Below are positions 10,201 to 22,884 of a stretch of 64,000 nt of DNA, piece after piece. This DNA is from Macrostomum lignano (Eukaryota). The notes under the pieces were generated by a model. The model made no database searches. It was given only the letters and a program-made list of their open reading frames with translations, and was not told where the DNA came from. The DNA lies in contig NIVC01000277.1 in assembly GCA_002269645.1 (NCBI GenBank), forward strand, positions 1 through 64,000, in the 5' to 3' direction. Position 1 is the first letter of the stretch. Each line of letters starts with the position of its first letter. A program made the position numbers and the translations under genes.

Positions 10201-11689
10201 GTCTGACCTTTTTGGCCACTTTAATTAGCCATTTATTGGCCAATTTTAGTGGCTGAATACAAGACATTTCTGGCCCTTCACTGGCTATTTATAACTACTC
10301 GTAGCAAACTCTTGACCAATTTTTTGACCACATTTAGCAGTAGAACTTAGAAAATTTCTACAATTTACCACCCAATGGAAAATCTTAACTTGCCCCTATT
10401 ATTGGGTAATATGCGCTTGGTAGCTATTTGGTAATTTGATGTCAGCAAGACATATAGCTTATTAATTGTATAGTTGCCCTAATATTGAGTGACATTTGCC
10501 TTCAATTTTAAAAATAGCAATCATCACACTACTGAAAATAGTATAATTGTTTATTAATGACTAAAAATTGACATGATAGCTTTATGCAAAAGGCATCCCA
10601 AAAGTACTTGATATAATGATTTCCTAATAGATATTGTTCTAGGGGAACTTTTGCCATTTGCAAATTCTCACTGTGCCACCAAGTTGTACTGGGTTTCTTT
10701 GTATTTCTCTAACCAAATTCTAGTCTAGGACTCCTTATATTATTGTAAAGCAGTCCTGGTAGCAGTGTCAAGGGGCAAACACTGATCTAATAAATTCTTT
10801 TAACTACTAAATTTCTACTTTTATCCAGTCCTAAATTAGGCTACCTTGGAATGAAGTTGCCCAACTAGGTGACTGCTTTCTCCCTTTACTGTCCTCTTAG
10901 TTTCTCTTCTCTCTTTTCTGTCAGTTTACTAATTTAAAATGCCTTGCTTTTAGACTGAATCAAAGAAATGGCAGGCGAAAACTAAAAGGCCTAAAAATGT
11001 TTGTGTTTATAATATTCAAAGGGAGGTTGGGGTGTGTGAGTCAGTTAAGTCAAGTTAAGTCAAGTCAGTCAAGTTAAGTTTAAACAAAAATATTAGCAGT
11101 TTAAAAAAAATCTTCAAAAATAAATTCTTTGATTATAACAAAAGGAAATTCCCCAATTATAGCAAATAATTTTCTCCTATCTATAACAAAAATTATTCCA
11201 CTTTATTTAAACAAAAAATAAGTAACTAGGCAGAGTTTGGCAGAAATTCAAAATAATGTCTTTATGAACATTAAAAAATATAGGGCTGCCTCAACTGGCT
11301 TCTCTTATACATATTTATGAATAAACTAGTGAGTAAATATGTCAAGAAAGTGTAGGCAAAAGTGCAAAATAACTAATACATGGTGAAATCAATATAGGCA
11401 CAAAACATAGATAAAAATTTGGCAATAGTGCAGGCAAATGTGGTTTGAGTATATAGAACATGTACAGCACACTATGATAATTGCAAACAAGAGGTAATAT
11501 GGTACTGTAAGTAGTGCAAACAAATATAGCAGAATGAGTATTAGACAGATTATGATTCCAAACAAGATATAGTAAGTAATGCAAACAAGGTAATTGTAAT
11601 ATAGCAAAATGAATATTAAACACACTATGATACATTGCAAGCAATGTACACTTAGCAGCATTGAAAAGTTTCTACCCTAGCACGCGAAG

Positions 11690-12230
11690 TGTCAACGTTT
11701 TGGTGGGTGGAGATATTCGTGGTTTGAGCCATAGACAAATAGAATTGCTTAAAACAGGGTCAATAACGCGTATAGCAGCCACGTGCGTGCAGCAGAGTGC
11801 TTACTCTCTGGGACATCCGCTGCTTGATGCGGTGGGACATTGTCGTCTTGGAGCATCAATGAAGGGCAGCAGGCGCGTCTGTAGAAGGTTGGCGTACGAC
11901 TCGGTAGGCACAGTCGCATCCAGGAACACGAGCTCCGTCTTCGTGTGCATTGTGATGCTTGCCCACACGTGAAGAGAAGCTGACTGGCTCAGAGTTTTGC
12001 ACGTGCTTTGGCAGCTGGCGCGACACACAAATGCGGCCGTTGGCACAGAACAATCGAAAGTGGCTCTCATCTGTGAAAATCACTCGCCGCCACTGCTGCT
12101 GCCTCCAGTGAACCCTTTGCCACATGCCAAAACTTTCCAAAACTTTCTACTAGTCTTTCCTTAAACTCTTCGTAGGAGAGATCTTTAGGGAGATTGAGGC
12201 ATTGAACTGCCGCAAACACAGTGGTTAGGT
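11690..12230 (-). mobile_element. Decayed Tc1/mariner transposase
   Basis: WRRVIFTDESHFRLFCANGRICV (first D), LHVWASITMHTKTELVFLD, LQDDNVPPH (second D) in shifting frames. Confidence 0.85.
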
Positions 12231-13598
12231 CTAGATTGGTGAGCAATTCTTGCTTTCGGTGATCTTCATCAATGCCTTCATTCTCGCATCGCTGATCAAA
12301 TGTGGTGAGCTAGACTCTAATATCTTGGCTGGGGACATCTGGATCTTCTGGATCTTAATATGTCTGAGGGGGACTAATTCTAAACGGTTACGGAGCTCTT
12401 TGGCTAGGAGTCCTAGGGCACCATTAATTCCTGCTGCGGCTATTGTACTTTGGGGATAGGGATGGGGATTTAAAGCTTGGGGTTTGATTGCGCATTTCAC
12501 CAGATTCTGATCCTTTACCGGTTGCTACCAATTTGTGTTAGGCATTCTGGGTCTGAGGATAACTTATGCGCCTCATCAAATATTAGTTTTGGGTGAGCAC
12601 TGCTTAATCCATGATGAGAGACTAGGTACCTGAAGCGATTTTCTTCTGCCACTGTTATTTGTCAGAATGATGGCAACTTAGCAATTTTGTGGCAAAATAG
12701 TCCCTCTCCTTTTACACCCCACTTCTATAAATGACTACTCTGAGGTGGACTTTTCATGATGAAACTATAGGTTTCTACCACAAGCCTCGTTTTTATAGGA
12801 TGCCCTGACAGTCCAGAAATTACTATTACATTTTGTTAACAATCGTGGCATTTTGTGATTGTAGCCCCTCATTCGTAGGTAGCAGGATGAGAGCTTGTGC
12901 AGGGATAAATATAATGCCTCATTGAGAGCAGCCTTAAGTACTACTGATTGTCTTAAGTACTACCCTTGGTGCGCTAGGCGTCTGATAATTGTCAATTCTA
13001 ACCCTTTCCTCAGTTATTAAGCATTATAGTCGATTGTTCAGATGGTACTTGTGACGGTTTGAGCTTTTGTAGATCGTTTCGTGTGCCGTCGTGAAAGTCT
13101 TCACAAAGTAATTATTGGTATTTGATTATTTTATTTAATTGTATATCTGCACGTATTGTTTGACACGTTAAGTAGATTAAGTTTACACTCTTTTGTTTAA
13201 ATCTTTATACTCCAATTTCAAATAGCTATAAAAACGTACTGAATTTCGTTCCAAGCTGGTTGTCTGGTTGTCTGGTTGGTCGCTCGGTCGTCGCTCTTGA
13301 GTCTTGGCTTTGTACTGGCTCTAATACTTTTAACAGATTAAATACATTGAATAGTTCGACAGTATTTCGACAGTATTTCGACAGCTCCTTGTAATTCGCC
13401 TAGTTCACTACTACTTATTCACTACTTGTAAATCCCGATAGACCGCTACACAACTCATCAACGTCAGCAAAAGAAAAGTAGGCCTACAACTTCGTCACAT
13501 ACTCTTCAGTGGAGTGTTTCCTGAGCCAGTTAGAATTTTCATTCGATTGTTTAAATGAATGCATGAGGGGGCTTTTGGGACAATTTTTTAACGTCCTC

Positions 13599-13798
13599 CA
13601 TAATCCTAAATCCATCCATATTATCCCCGACAAAATCAGAAAAAAGGGGACGCACTTGCTCCGAAAACTTCGAACATAATCCCATTAAATCCATCCATAT
13701 TATGTCTGACAGAATCAGAAGAAAGGGGACGCACTTGCTCCGAAAACTTCGAACATAATCCTCCTAAATCCATCCATATTATCCCTGACAGAATCAGA
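13599..13798. repeat. Tandem repeat, 76-79 bp unit, about 2.5 copies
   Basis: cataatcc..taaatccatccatattat...ggggacgcacttgctccgaaaacttcgaa repeated at 13599, 13675 and 13754. Confidence 0.85.
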
Positions 13799-14319
13799 GC
13801 ATAACAGGTGTCCACTGTCACCTGGACTAATCTACTGTCATCCACCCATAGCATCTTCGAAACAATCAGAAAATAACCTGCATTCTTCTCCCCATATTCA
13901 ATTCGCAACGCGAAACCAGATCCCTAAGACTTTAAATCATCAATGCAGGGTTCTATCAATATCTAGATGTAACACAAGTAGGCACACAGGAGTATGTCAA
14001 GCAAGCAAAGCAAGAATAGATGGCTTATAAACTGTATTGAGAAACTGTAACAAAGAGCAAACAAAAAGAAACGAAAACTGTGAGCACAATTCAGAAATGT
14101 CTGGCAAGAAAAGAAAGAATAAAGCCATAAAACTAAATGAATCTCACTTTTGGCAGGCCAAGTTACGTTAGTCTGGCTATACGCAAAATTGTTAGTGGGC
14201 ACCACGCATCAAAATCAATGCTTCCATCAATGCTTTAATGTTTTGTTTGTCTCAGCTTGATTGATCTGGTTTGTTAGCATCTTGGACATTCAATTGAAAA
14301 ACCTGTTGATCTCGCGGAC

Positions 14320-14400
14320 CAGATCATGGCCAGCGGTGCAGTGTGTCCTACCAAATAAAAAGCCACGATGATCTGTCAGCACGAGTTCGATCACGAGATA
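14320..14400 (+). mobile_element. Possible tRNA-derived SINE head
   Basis: A-box-like TGGCCAGCGG near 14327 and B-box-like GAGTTCGATC near 14382; no tRNA cloverleaf. Confidence 0.3.
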
Positions 14401-15238
14401 AAATTTCTCTCTGATGTAACCACGCTCTGGTCGCGGGATAGGGCAGGGGAACTTTTTTCAAAAGTACTTCCCATCACCGTGCACTTCCTGAGCAAGGCCG
14501 TCGAGACTGGGCCAGGTCTCTGACCAGGCCTGCTGACTCCCGCTCTGCCACACCTACTGCTGCCTTGGTTCTGTCTCCCACGCCGCCGCACATGCCTTTC
14601 CGAAGCTCCCTGTCTCCCTCAGAACCTCCCCCGCTACTCTATTCCCTATGCGCTCTACCCTATTCGTTATGTTCTTTTCCCAATCCCCCTATGCACTTTT
14701 TTCCTGCGCTGTCCCCCCTCTTTTGGTGCCTACTTACAGTACTTTGTGCGCTCACCGTCACCCCATTCCTACTAAAACTCCCAAACGGTGACGCAAGTCT
14801 TTTGACCCCTCTTTTCCCTCGATGACTCATCGATGACTCACCACCCCCTCTTGCGCAACCTTTTCTCATGCCATTGTTCTTCCCAAATTTCTCATGCGAC
14901 ACCCACCCCCACCGCTTCTATTGGTCTCGTTTTTTATTCTTTTGTTCTCCTTTTCGCACCCAATTATCACGTTTTCTCCGATTTTCTCTTTCTTTTGTTC
15001 TTGTTTTTGCACCTAGTTAGCACCTTTTCTCCAATGTTTGCTTTTCTATTGTTCTCGATTTTCCCCAATCATCCCCGATTTCCATTTCCTATGTTCTCGA
15101 CCCCCGCCCTATTGTTCTCAATGTTTGCTTGCGCAACACTTGCGACCTCCCGCTGCGCCAATTATCCCCCCACCCCATCTCCGGATTGCGCAATTTTCCC
15201 ATTTCCATGTTGCTATGCCGTTCTCATGCTTCTCATCA

Positions 15239-15329
15239 TGACTCATTTTGACGTCATTCTGCTGGCAGCCAATCAGAGAGAGGGAGTCATGGAAACGACC
15301 TAGGAGCGGCGACTGGGAAGGCTATATAA
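15239..15329 (+). promoter_or_regulatory. Pol II promoter cluster (AP-1, CRE, CCAAT, TATA), probably a retroelement terminal repeat
   Basis: TGACTCA at 15239, TGACGTCA at 15249, CCAAT at 15269, TATATAA at 15323, in canonical order. Confidence 0.5.
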
Positions 15330-15623
15330 GGAAGCGGTTTTCGGCATGAGAATCCTCAGAAGGCTTTTGTCTTGTCCCTATTGTGGACTTGCTGTCAGAC
15401 CTCGATCTGACCCATTCGTTTATAGGACGAACTTCTGCCGGTCCGCGGTCTGTTACCGCCAAGTTATCTTCAGCTCCCCAAGTGAGCTCATATGCCGGTC
15501 CGCGGCCTGTTACCGCCAAGCATCATCAGCATCGCCTGATCTACACCAGCGCCTCGTCGCTTCAGCGCATCGCCGCTTCACCGTCTGCCTGCCTGCAGCC
15601 AACAGCCGCCCTCGGTCACTCCA

Positions 15624-15724
<101 letters not shown>

Positions 15725-16534
15725 ATATATGCATATCAAGGGAAGCAGTAGTCATGGCCTTGGAAACATTGGGGGATATCAAAGTCTCGCAGGAAAGGGA
15801 ATAGCGGTGTGATTTTATCTCTGTAGGGTATCAGTGTGACTCAAAAATCTTGGGCTAAAAAAAGTGTCACCTCCTATGGAATACCTGCGATCAGCCCGGA
15901 CCTGAATTCTGCGGTAACCCCTGGTGTCTCCCTGGCTGGGATTCGATCCCAACGTGTCTTTTGACTCTCCCCACTGCATTGTAGACCCGGTAGTAACTGC
16001 TTTGGTTGCATTTGGGCTGGTGTAGTGGCTTGAAATAGTAGATCCCATCGTTTTTCTATTGATAGTGGAGTTCAGTGAGTATTGGAATGGTGTATTGGAA
16101 GTTTGGTGGTCCCCAGTGAACTCGTCATTTTTCCTGCTGCATTCTCCTCCTTTAGTAATTTCTCCCCCCTGACGCCAGTCTGACAGGGGAGGTGAGTGTG
16201 CCAATCAGCCCGACCCGGTAGAACGGTGCTCCTGCCCGACCTGTCAGCCTGCCCCAGGAAGGCGCTATTGCGCAACTCTTTTCACCTCTGGCCACTGCAG
16301 CCCATTAAGTGCTCAGACGCAGTGCTGCATGCACTCCCCTAATGTAAGGCCCCGGTACATAAAGTGCCACCCCAGTGCCCCGCAAGGTCAATAAGACGGG
16401 TTGACTCTCTGGCTGCTTGGAATAACCTAGATGGAGCTACCGCTGTCCTCTGGTAGAACCGGGCGTTCAAGTACAGTAAAGTGGAGAGGCTGACAACAGC
16501 GACTAAAATTCGACTACAAACAGCGACTACAATA

Positions 16535-17312
16535 GAACTAGTTGAACTAGTGGGACATCGCAGAAGTGCCCCAAAGAAAGAACTAGTTGAACTAGTGGGA
16601 CATCGCAGAAGTGCGCCAAAGAAAGAACTAGTTGAACTAGTGGGACATCGCAGAAGTGCGCCAAAGAAAGAGCTAGTTGAACTAGTGGGACATCGCAGAA
16701 GTGCGCCAAAGAATATATCAATTACTTAAACTGGTGGGACGTCGCAGAAGTGCGCCAAAAAAACAATTACCTTGAACTAGTGGGACATCGCAGACGTGCG
16801 CCAAAGAAAGAGCTAGTTGAACTAGTGGGACATCGCAGAAGTGCGCCAAAGAAAGAGCTAGTTGAACTAGTGGGACATCGCAGAAGTGCGCCAAAGAATA
16901 TATCAATTACTTAAACTGGTGGGACGTCGCAGAAGTGCGCCAAAAAAACAATTACCTTGAACTAGTGGGACATCGCAGACGTGCGCCAAAGAAAGAGCTA
17001 GTTGAACTAGTGGGACATCGCAGAAGTGCGCCAAAGAAAGAGCTAGTTGAACTAGTGGGACATCGCAGAAGTGCGCCAAAGAATATATCAATTACTTAAA
17101 CTGGTGGGACGTCGCAGAAGTGCGCCAAAAAAACAATTACCTTGAACTAGTGGGACATCGCAGACGTGCGCCAAAGAAAGAGCTAGTTGAACTAGTGGGA
17201 CATCGCAGAAGTGCGCCAAAGAATATATCAATTACTTAAACTGGTGGGACGTCGCAGAAGTGCGCCAAAAAAACAATTACCTTGAACTAGTGGGACATCG
17301 CAGACGTGTGCG
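16535..17312. repeat. Higher-order tandem array: 17 monomers of 45-49 bp organised in 185-bp units
   Basis: Core gtgggac(a/g)tcgcaga(a/c)gtgcgccaaa at spacings 45,45,45,49,46,45,45,49,46,45,45,49,46,45,49,46. Confidence 0.95.
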
Positions 17313-18340
17313 ACCAAAAGTTAAGCAGTTTAGAAACCAATTGTACTTGGTACACGGCGTCCTGCAATTGTACGCGGCGTCCTGCAACGACGTAGCATAT
17401 TTGCCGAGAACACCGGCTGTTTCAGCAGAACTTGAAGGCTTAGCACCGACCTGTGCGTACTCGAGTTGGCACTCCAACTCGCGTGTTCTATTGACTGCAC
17501 TTTCCCATTTCTCTTTGTACGAATTGCGCTCAAATTCAGCGTCTTCAAGTCTGTGGGCCAGGTCTTCGATCTGCCGTTGCAGGCTTTCCCTGTAGCCGTC
17601 GGCAGTCTGCTGCGCCAACTCGGCGGATGTCCGGAGGTTTTAAAACCTCATGCCTGAGCGCCTGGCAGGTGGCGCAACCGTAAGGTATGTTAATGCCACC
17701 CGGCCTCTGTACCGCTTGACAGGCACTGGCACCGGCTTCTGCAGCCGCCTTTGTGCGGTATGGCCCTTTACATACTCGCACGCGGTAGGCTTTACTATTG
17801 GAGGTCTTTCCCGGTCTAATGGTGACCTCATCGTCAATTGACAGTTGGCTCGGGTCTACTGAGCCGTCAGTAAGAACACACTTGTCGGCATAGACTCCAA
17901 GCCGACCGCCGTCTTCCGGCGCATATTCGAATACCCAGTAGCGGTATGCTGCTGGGCCACCGGAAACTAGCTTTTTACCGGCGCCAGTCGCAAAGGTGCT
18001 AGAAGCGCCAGCGGCGGTAAAAGCGCCAGCGGCGGTAGAAGCGCCAGCGGCAGTAGAAGCGCCAGCGGCGGTAGAAGCGACAGCGGCGGTAGAAGCGCCA
18101 GCGGGGGTAGAAGCGACAGCGGGGGTAGAAGCGCCAGCGGCGGTAAAAGCGCCAGCGGCGGCAGTAGCGCTAGCAGCGGCGGAGGCTAAGTTGGACTTGC
18201 TGTTGCGCTTTTTTACCGCTTTTTCTTTGTTTTGCTCCGTCTCGATCGGCCTCTTGTGCGCCCCTTTTGCTGCCTTTCTCTTTTGGCTTTGTACTAGCGT
18301 CTTTTGGTTTGGGCATTTTAGTTTGTAGTATTGTGCTGCA
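17277..18340 (-). CDS. Transposon-accessory-like protein (basic N-terminus, AAGAST repeats, coiled coil), frameshifted
   Basis: Open frame from about 18340 to 17545 lacking an early start codon (acceptor-like TTTGCAG at about 18336), containing YWVFEYAPEDGGRLGVYADKCV and CATC; continues in ORF 17277-17618 (coiled coil). Style resembles the accessory ORFs at 47805 and 54923. Confidence 0.5.
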
Positions 18341-18693
18341 AATATAATGAGGATTTAGTTTAATCTGGTTGTTACATAAAGTACAGACATCAGTATAAAA
18401 AGCGTGCAGGTGCTAGTTTAGTGTTTGTCAGTCTTTTAGTTAGTGTATTAGAAGTGCTAAGATTAAAGGTGAATGGTACATTTGAAATGAATAGAAAACG
18501 GTTTGACAGATGTATGTGTATACATCTGATATGCATATTGCAGACGTGCGGTTTAAAATACGGTTAGTTAGTTATTTCATTATGATGAAATAGCGCAGTC
18601 GTGTGCGACAAAAAAATGACAAAACACAGCAGATGTGCGGTTTAAAATACGGTTAGTAATTTAATGATATAGCGCAGTCGTTCATCACTTTGT

Positions 18694-19440
18694 CTAATAA
18701 TTGCGAGGTTCCGGACCTCTTAGTTGTAGAAGTATGCGACGACGCCTACCAACTTTCATCGCATCGATTGGCGCCTCCAGGGGTGTGTCCGGCATTTCTA
18801 TGCGGAAAAAAATTGGGGTCGTAGTTGGGCCTCGGTTGGTTGGACCGATGACGGCCAGCCGCCTGCAGGCGTTTCCTCTTTGTCTCCGGCGATAGGTTGG
18901 CAAACCAACCCTCGCATTGAACGCAGCAGTGCGCTTCGAGCTGCATGCGCTCATCCCGCTTTCGAGCCTTAAAAACACAGTTTTGCGGAATCCTCGCCTC
19001 AGGCAGTCGGTTATAGTCTGCTATGAAACTGTCCGACAACACCATTTGAGCCGGTCCGGTTCGAGTGGCTTCAGTAGACATTGCCAAAGGCCCGTCACGC
19101 GACTGCTGCTCATCCTCGCTGTCCAGCTGCGTGGTCGGCTGATTCAGCTGACGTCGACTCGCCTGGTTGTCGGCGTACCAGTTATGCAGACTGTCGGGGC
19201 CCATAGTCTCCGATTCGCAGACCTGCGCACAGTCACGGACTTCGTCACTTGAGTGCTGGGCACTACATCCGAACGAATGATAGCCCGATGGAAGCGCACA
19301 TTGCGGCTGGTATCAAAGACCGGTGAACCCGGTCGTCCGCTACGCAAGCGCTCCACCTCCGCTCTTAAGGCCCAGTTCTCGTGAACCAGTGCTTTGCAGA
19401 TTTCGCATGTTGCGGTGTGAGACCAGTGATCATCCGACAT
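18694..19440 (-). CDS. Compact CtIP/Sae2/Ctp1/COM1-like protein (about 240 aa), intronless, two frameshifts
   Basis: C-terminal VFKARKRDERMQLEAHCCVQCEGWFANLSPETKRKRLQAAGRHRSNQPRPNYDPNFF-RIEMPDTP matches the Sae2/CtIP signature (RKKEER..L.G..C..C..YY.....SRHR...PPNTPENFWEVGFPST). N-terminal CEIC plus coiled coil. Confidence 0.85.
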
Positions 19441-19914
19441 AGAAGATACAGAAACTTAGACAGGTACGGAGCTGCAAGGCGTTAAGTTTAAACTAACGGT
19501 CAGAATGAAAGCAACAGCTGCGTACGCAAATGGGCTAAAGGGAAGAAGAACACGTGAAGGACGTATGGGGACCATTTTTCGAACTTCGATTTAGTGCAGG
19601 GGTTGTAAACGAATATCGATTCGGCCTACTAGTCTGCATATTTCCTGTACACTTATATTATTTACTCTAAAAGAAAGCAACACACACTGTAGCTGTGACC
19701 AAAGTAAAAGTAAAAAGTAAAAAGTGACTAAACTAGGCGCCGCATAACTTGCCGCAACCTTGCGCCCACCGGGCTGTATATTATTATTATTATTATTATT
19801 TTAATTGGCTGGCCGTTGGACTACGAGATGTGACCAAAAATGTAACGTGAATGTCTTCTTAAAGCTCAGCTTACTATTTTTCATTATAGAGGTCATATTG
19901 CGAAGTGCTAAATT

Positions 19915-20880
19915 CTAAATTCTCGTTAACTTTTGGTCACACCTTGTATGCTTTGATCTAGTAACTTTCGTATCAAATTCACCTACGCATGTCCCAGTAT
20001 AGCAGTAAAATCGCCAAATTGGCGTCCGCCATGCCGAAAGCGCAGTCCGGTCGGCGGTGCAGGAGTGCAGCCATGGTGGTGAACAGTCGCCGCAGGCGTG
20101 TAGATCGACCACCACGCGGCCTATCACGGTGAGCGCTCAGCGGCTCGGGCTCCGGCAGGACGCCAGCGGTGTAGGCGGCCTTCCAAAAGCTGGCCTCCGC
20201 CCGCGACATTTCCCGATACCACGCCGCTTTGCCGTCACACACACTACGGCGACCGGCGGCCCGTTGGCGGACCGTTGCACCGCTTCGCCGGACTCCAGTA
20301 GAGTCCGACAATACCGGTCGCACATGTTGTGTAGGCATTGGCTCATCGCCTTTTGCGCCTCAGCGGGCCTGTCGCCATGACTGACTCTTTTTGACCTCTC
20401 TTGCGCAACGTACGCTATCATTGTCGTGAACACAATGCGGCAGCTGTGTATCTTAGTGGGCTCCTCGGCCCGTGCCGGTAGTCCCTTGGACACTCTTTGC
20501 AGCATGTCAATCACCGACGCAGCTTTGTCTTCCGCATTTTTGGACGCCATGGCGATCCAGTCTGCTGGCCAGTCATAGCCATTGGCGCACAATGGTGCGC
20601 ACGATGCGCAAACAGTGGCTACCGTACTCACTGCTGCGCCGGCTGGCGGTTGCGCAGGTGCACAGCTAACGGCCGGTTGTTTACCCGCGGGCGACTGGGC
20701 TGCCGCACTCGCTGCTGCGCCGGCTGGCGGTTGCGCAGGTGCACAGCTAACGGCTGGTTGTTTACCCGCGGCGGCTGGGCTGCCGCACTCGCTGCTGCGC
20801 CGGCTGGCGGTTGCGCAGGTGCACAGCTAACGGCCGGTTGTTTACCCGCAGGCGGCTGGGCTGCCGTACTCCCTGCAACT
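19915..20880 (-). CDS. Uncharacterised frameshifted gene with 27-aa repeats and a possibly BEN-like helical domain
   Basis: Overlapping ORFs 20137-20631, 19979-20338 and 19915-20127; three 80-81 bp repeats at 20631-20870. Confidence 0.4.
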
Positions 20881-21299
20881 CACTCTGAGAAAACTCACTG
20901 TGGCTGCAGAGCAGCCATCAAAGAAATAGCACTCATTTTTACACAGCTCAGTAGTGAGTCTATGGCTACTCTGCAGCCAGCGGGTTTTCAAAGGATGAAT
21001 GCACAGGCTTGAGGTGCAGAAGTGGTTTTAACCGCCTTTAATAATTTAGCTATAATTCACTGTCAATGTCACTGTTTTCTCGAGACCTCTTCCTGGCACC
21101 TGGTGCTTTAGTTAAAAAACCTGAGGCGGATGCCAGTCGGAGTCCGAGTTAGAAGTCAAAATCTTACTCGGCAGACTCGCTGTCTGCCCACATCAAGACT
21201 GACTGCGCCTGCGGCGCCCGCCCACCTGGTCTTTGTCGCTCAGCGCTGCGTGACGGCGCTGTCGGTGGAGCGGCTGTGGCAGGTCGTCCGCTACCCAAG

Positions 21300-22884
21300 G
21301 GCGTTGTAAGCTGCGCAGCAGCAGGTGCTGTATTCGTGGCTTACCGGCGCACTGACGTCGCAGAAGCAGCTGATAGTGTTGTTGGTGCAGTGGCTGAGGG
21401 AGGTCTCGAGCTAGCCGTCAGTGCAGCTGCTGGCATTGTTTCCTTCGGCGCCACCTTCCGTCCTTCGCCGATGGACCCGACGAACGGGTCTGTTGCCGCC
21501 ACGCTTAATTTGGTCGACATTCGTGTTCTTTACCTCATCTCGAGTAGGCCTTTAGTTGTCGCCATAAATTGTAGAAATCACGTCTGTCAGTTAGGAGAAA
21601 GAAATGATCATATTCTCGAGCCCTGATTAATTCTTCCCACTCCTGACTCTTCAGTCGTACTGTTTACTTCCTATACTAGTGAAATTTATGATGCATATGC
21701 TTTCACTATACCTTAGTATCTTTCCAAAAAGCGTCCTAAATGCGAGCTGCGCATCCCCTAGCAGTGTTTCCACGCCTGCAGCTCGAGCTCTGTCCCGCAT
21801 GCCGGTGCCAATAAAGCTCACGGCGGCTTGAAGTTTGGGCATCAGTGTGAGGACCAACATTGCACGTAGTGAGTCTTGCCAACGCGGCCGCCGACAAAGA
21901 TGCAATTGACGCCTCTGAATGAGATAAGGCGGTGGATGACTATTTGATTTTTCTATCTAAATCCCTAAGTATTTCTGAGCAGCGCAAAAGTCGTAAAAGA
22001 AAATTGAATGAGAGGGCGGAGGAGAGGCCGGAAAAGAGGAGAGAGTGGAGGAGCAAGCGGCGGAAGTCTAAATGCATGATTAGTTTTGACTAAATCACCC
22101 AGGCATTTCGGCTATCTATATCTAAGCCAGGTGCTTCGACGGCAAAGCGATAGAAAAATCGACGTACTCATTCCAGAAGCTGATTGGCCAGAACGTCGAG
22201 TTTAGTTCAGCCATTTCAGGACTGAGCAGTGCTGTTAAGCGCTCGATTTCTGCCCGACACCATGCAGTTCCTGCGACATCTGGGCTTGATGCTGCTGCAA
22301 TCGCGTTTTGCGCACGGAGAGCTCCCGAAGCGTCGTCAGCATGAGTCCTTGCGTGTTACAAACCGGGCAACCAGCGGCTTCTTACAGTTGGTGCTCCAGG
22401 CTTTTAATACTGTCCGGCCATTGATTGCTTGCTTCTGCTGACCCCTTCGGAATTGTTGAAAGCGCTTCCATGGCTGCACACGGCATGTTGCTTCCCGCTC
22501 TTGTCGCATCCCGCGACTTCAAGACCGTCCCCAGCGCCTCTAGTGCCGTATTGCTCTGACAATACCTCACATGCCGCATCTGACGAATCCGACACCTCAC
22601 GTACCGCATCTGACGAATCCGACACCTCAGATGCCGCCTTTGGCGCTACATCAAATGTCACATAGAATCGGTTTTGGACTGCTAAAAACATGCCAATCAG
22701 AATTGGCAACTAGGTGGATATCGAAGGGACTTGAAAATTCGAGCACACTGTCAGTTAGTACATCTCTGTGCCCTCGCAGCTTTTTTTGAAATGGGTAGTG
22801 ATGTCGTCGTAACAGTCCAATAGAAGACGAACTTGCTTTAAAATATCGATCTGATAGTGCACGCCGATATTTTGCTCTTCGCAT
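21300..22884 (-). pseudogene. DUF4806-like EnSpm/CACTA accessory gene, copy 1 (multi-exon, decayed)
   Basis: Exon LCRRPRWQDSLRAML..FIG (21651-21905) and next exon VISTIYGDN*RPTRDEVKNTNVDQIKRG are homologous to exons at 45710-46036 and 45400-45580, with the same intron position. Upstream ORFs 22229-22884 are assigned tentatively. Confidence 0.65.

Noticed and set aside
7700-11640. Possible exons in AT-rich DNA (splice-like signals at 9730, 9850 and 10020)
   Set aside because: Signals fall on both strands and no coherent reading frame or domain could be assembled.
15815-16275. Decayed LINE endonuclease and an upstream HDV-like fold
   Set aside because: No convincing GDFN/SDH motifs, and the candidate P1 has mismatches.
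16535-17312. Regular 45-49 bp array as a CRISPR locus
   Set aside because: Intervening segments are themselves repeated (three types) rather than unique spacers; eukaryotic context; no cas genes.
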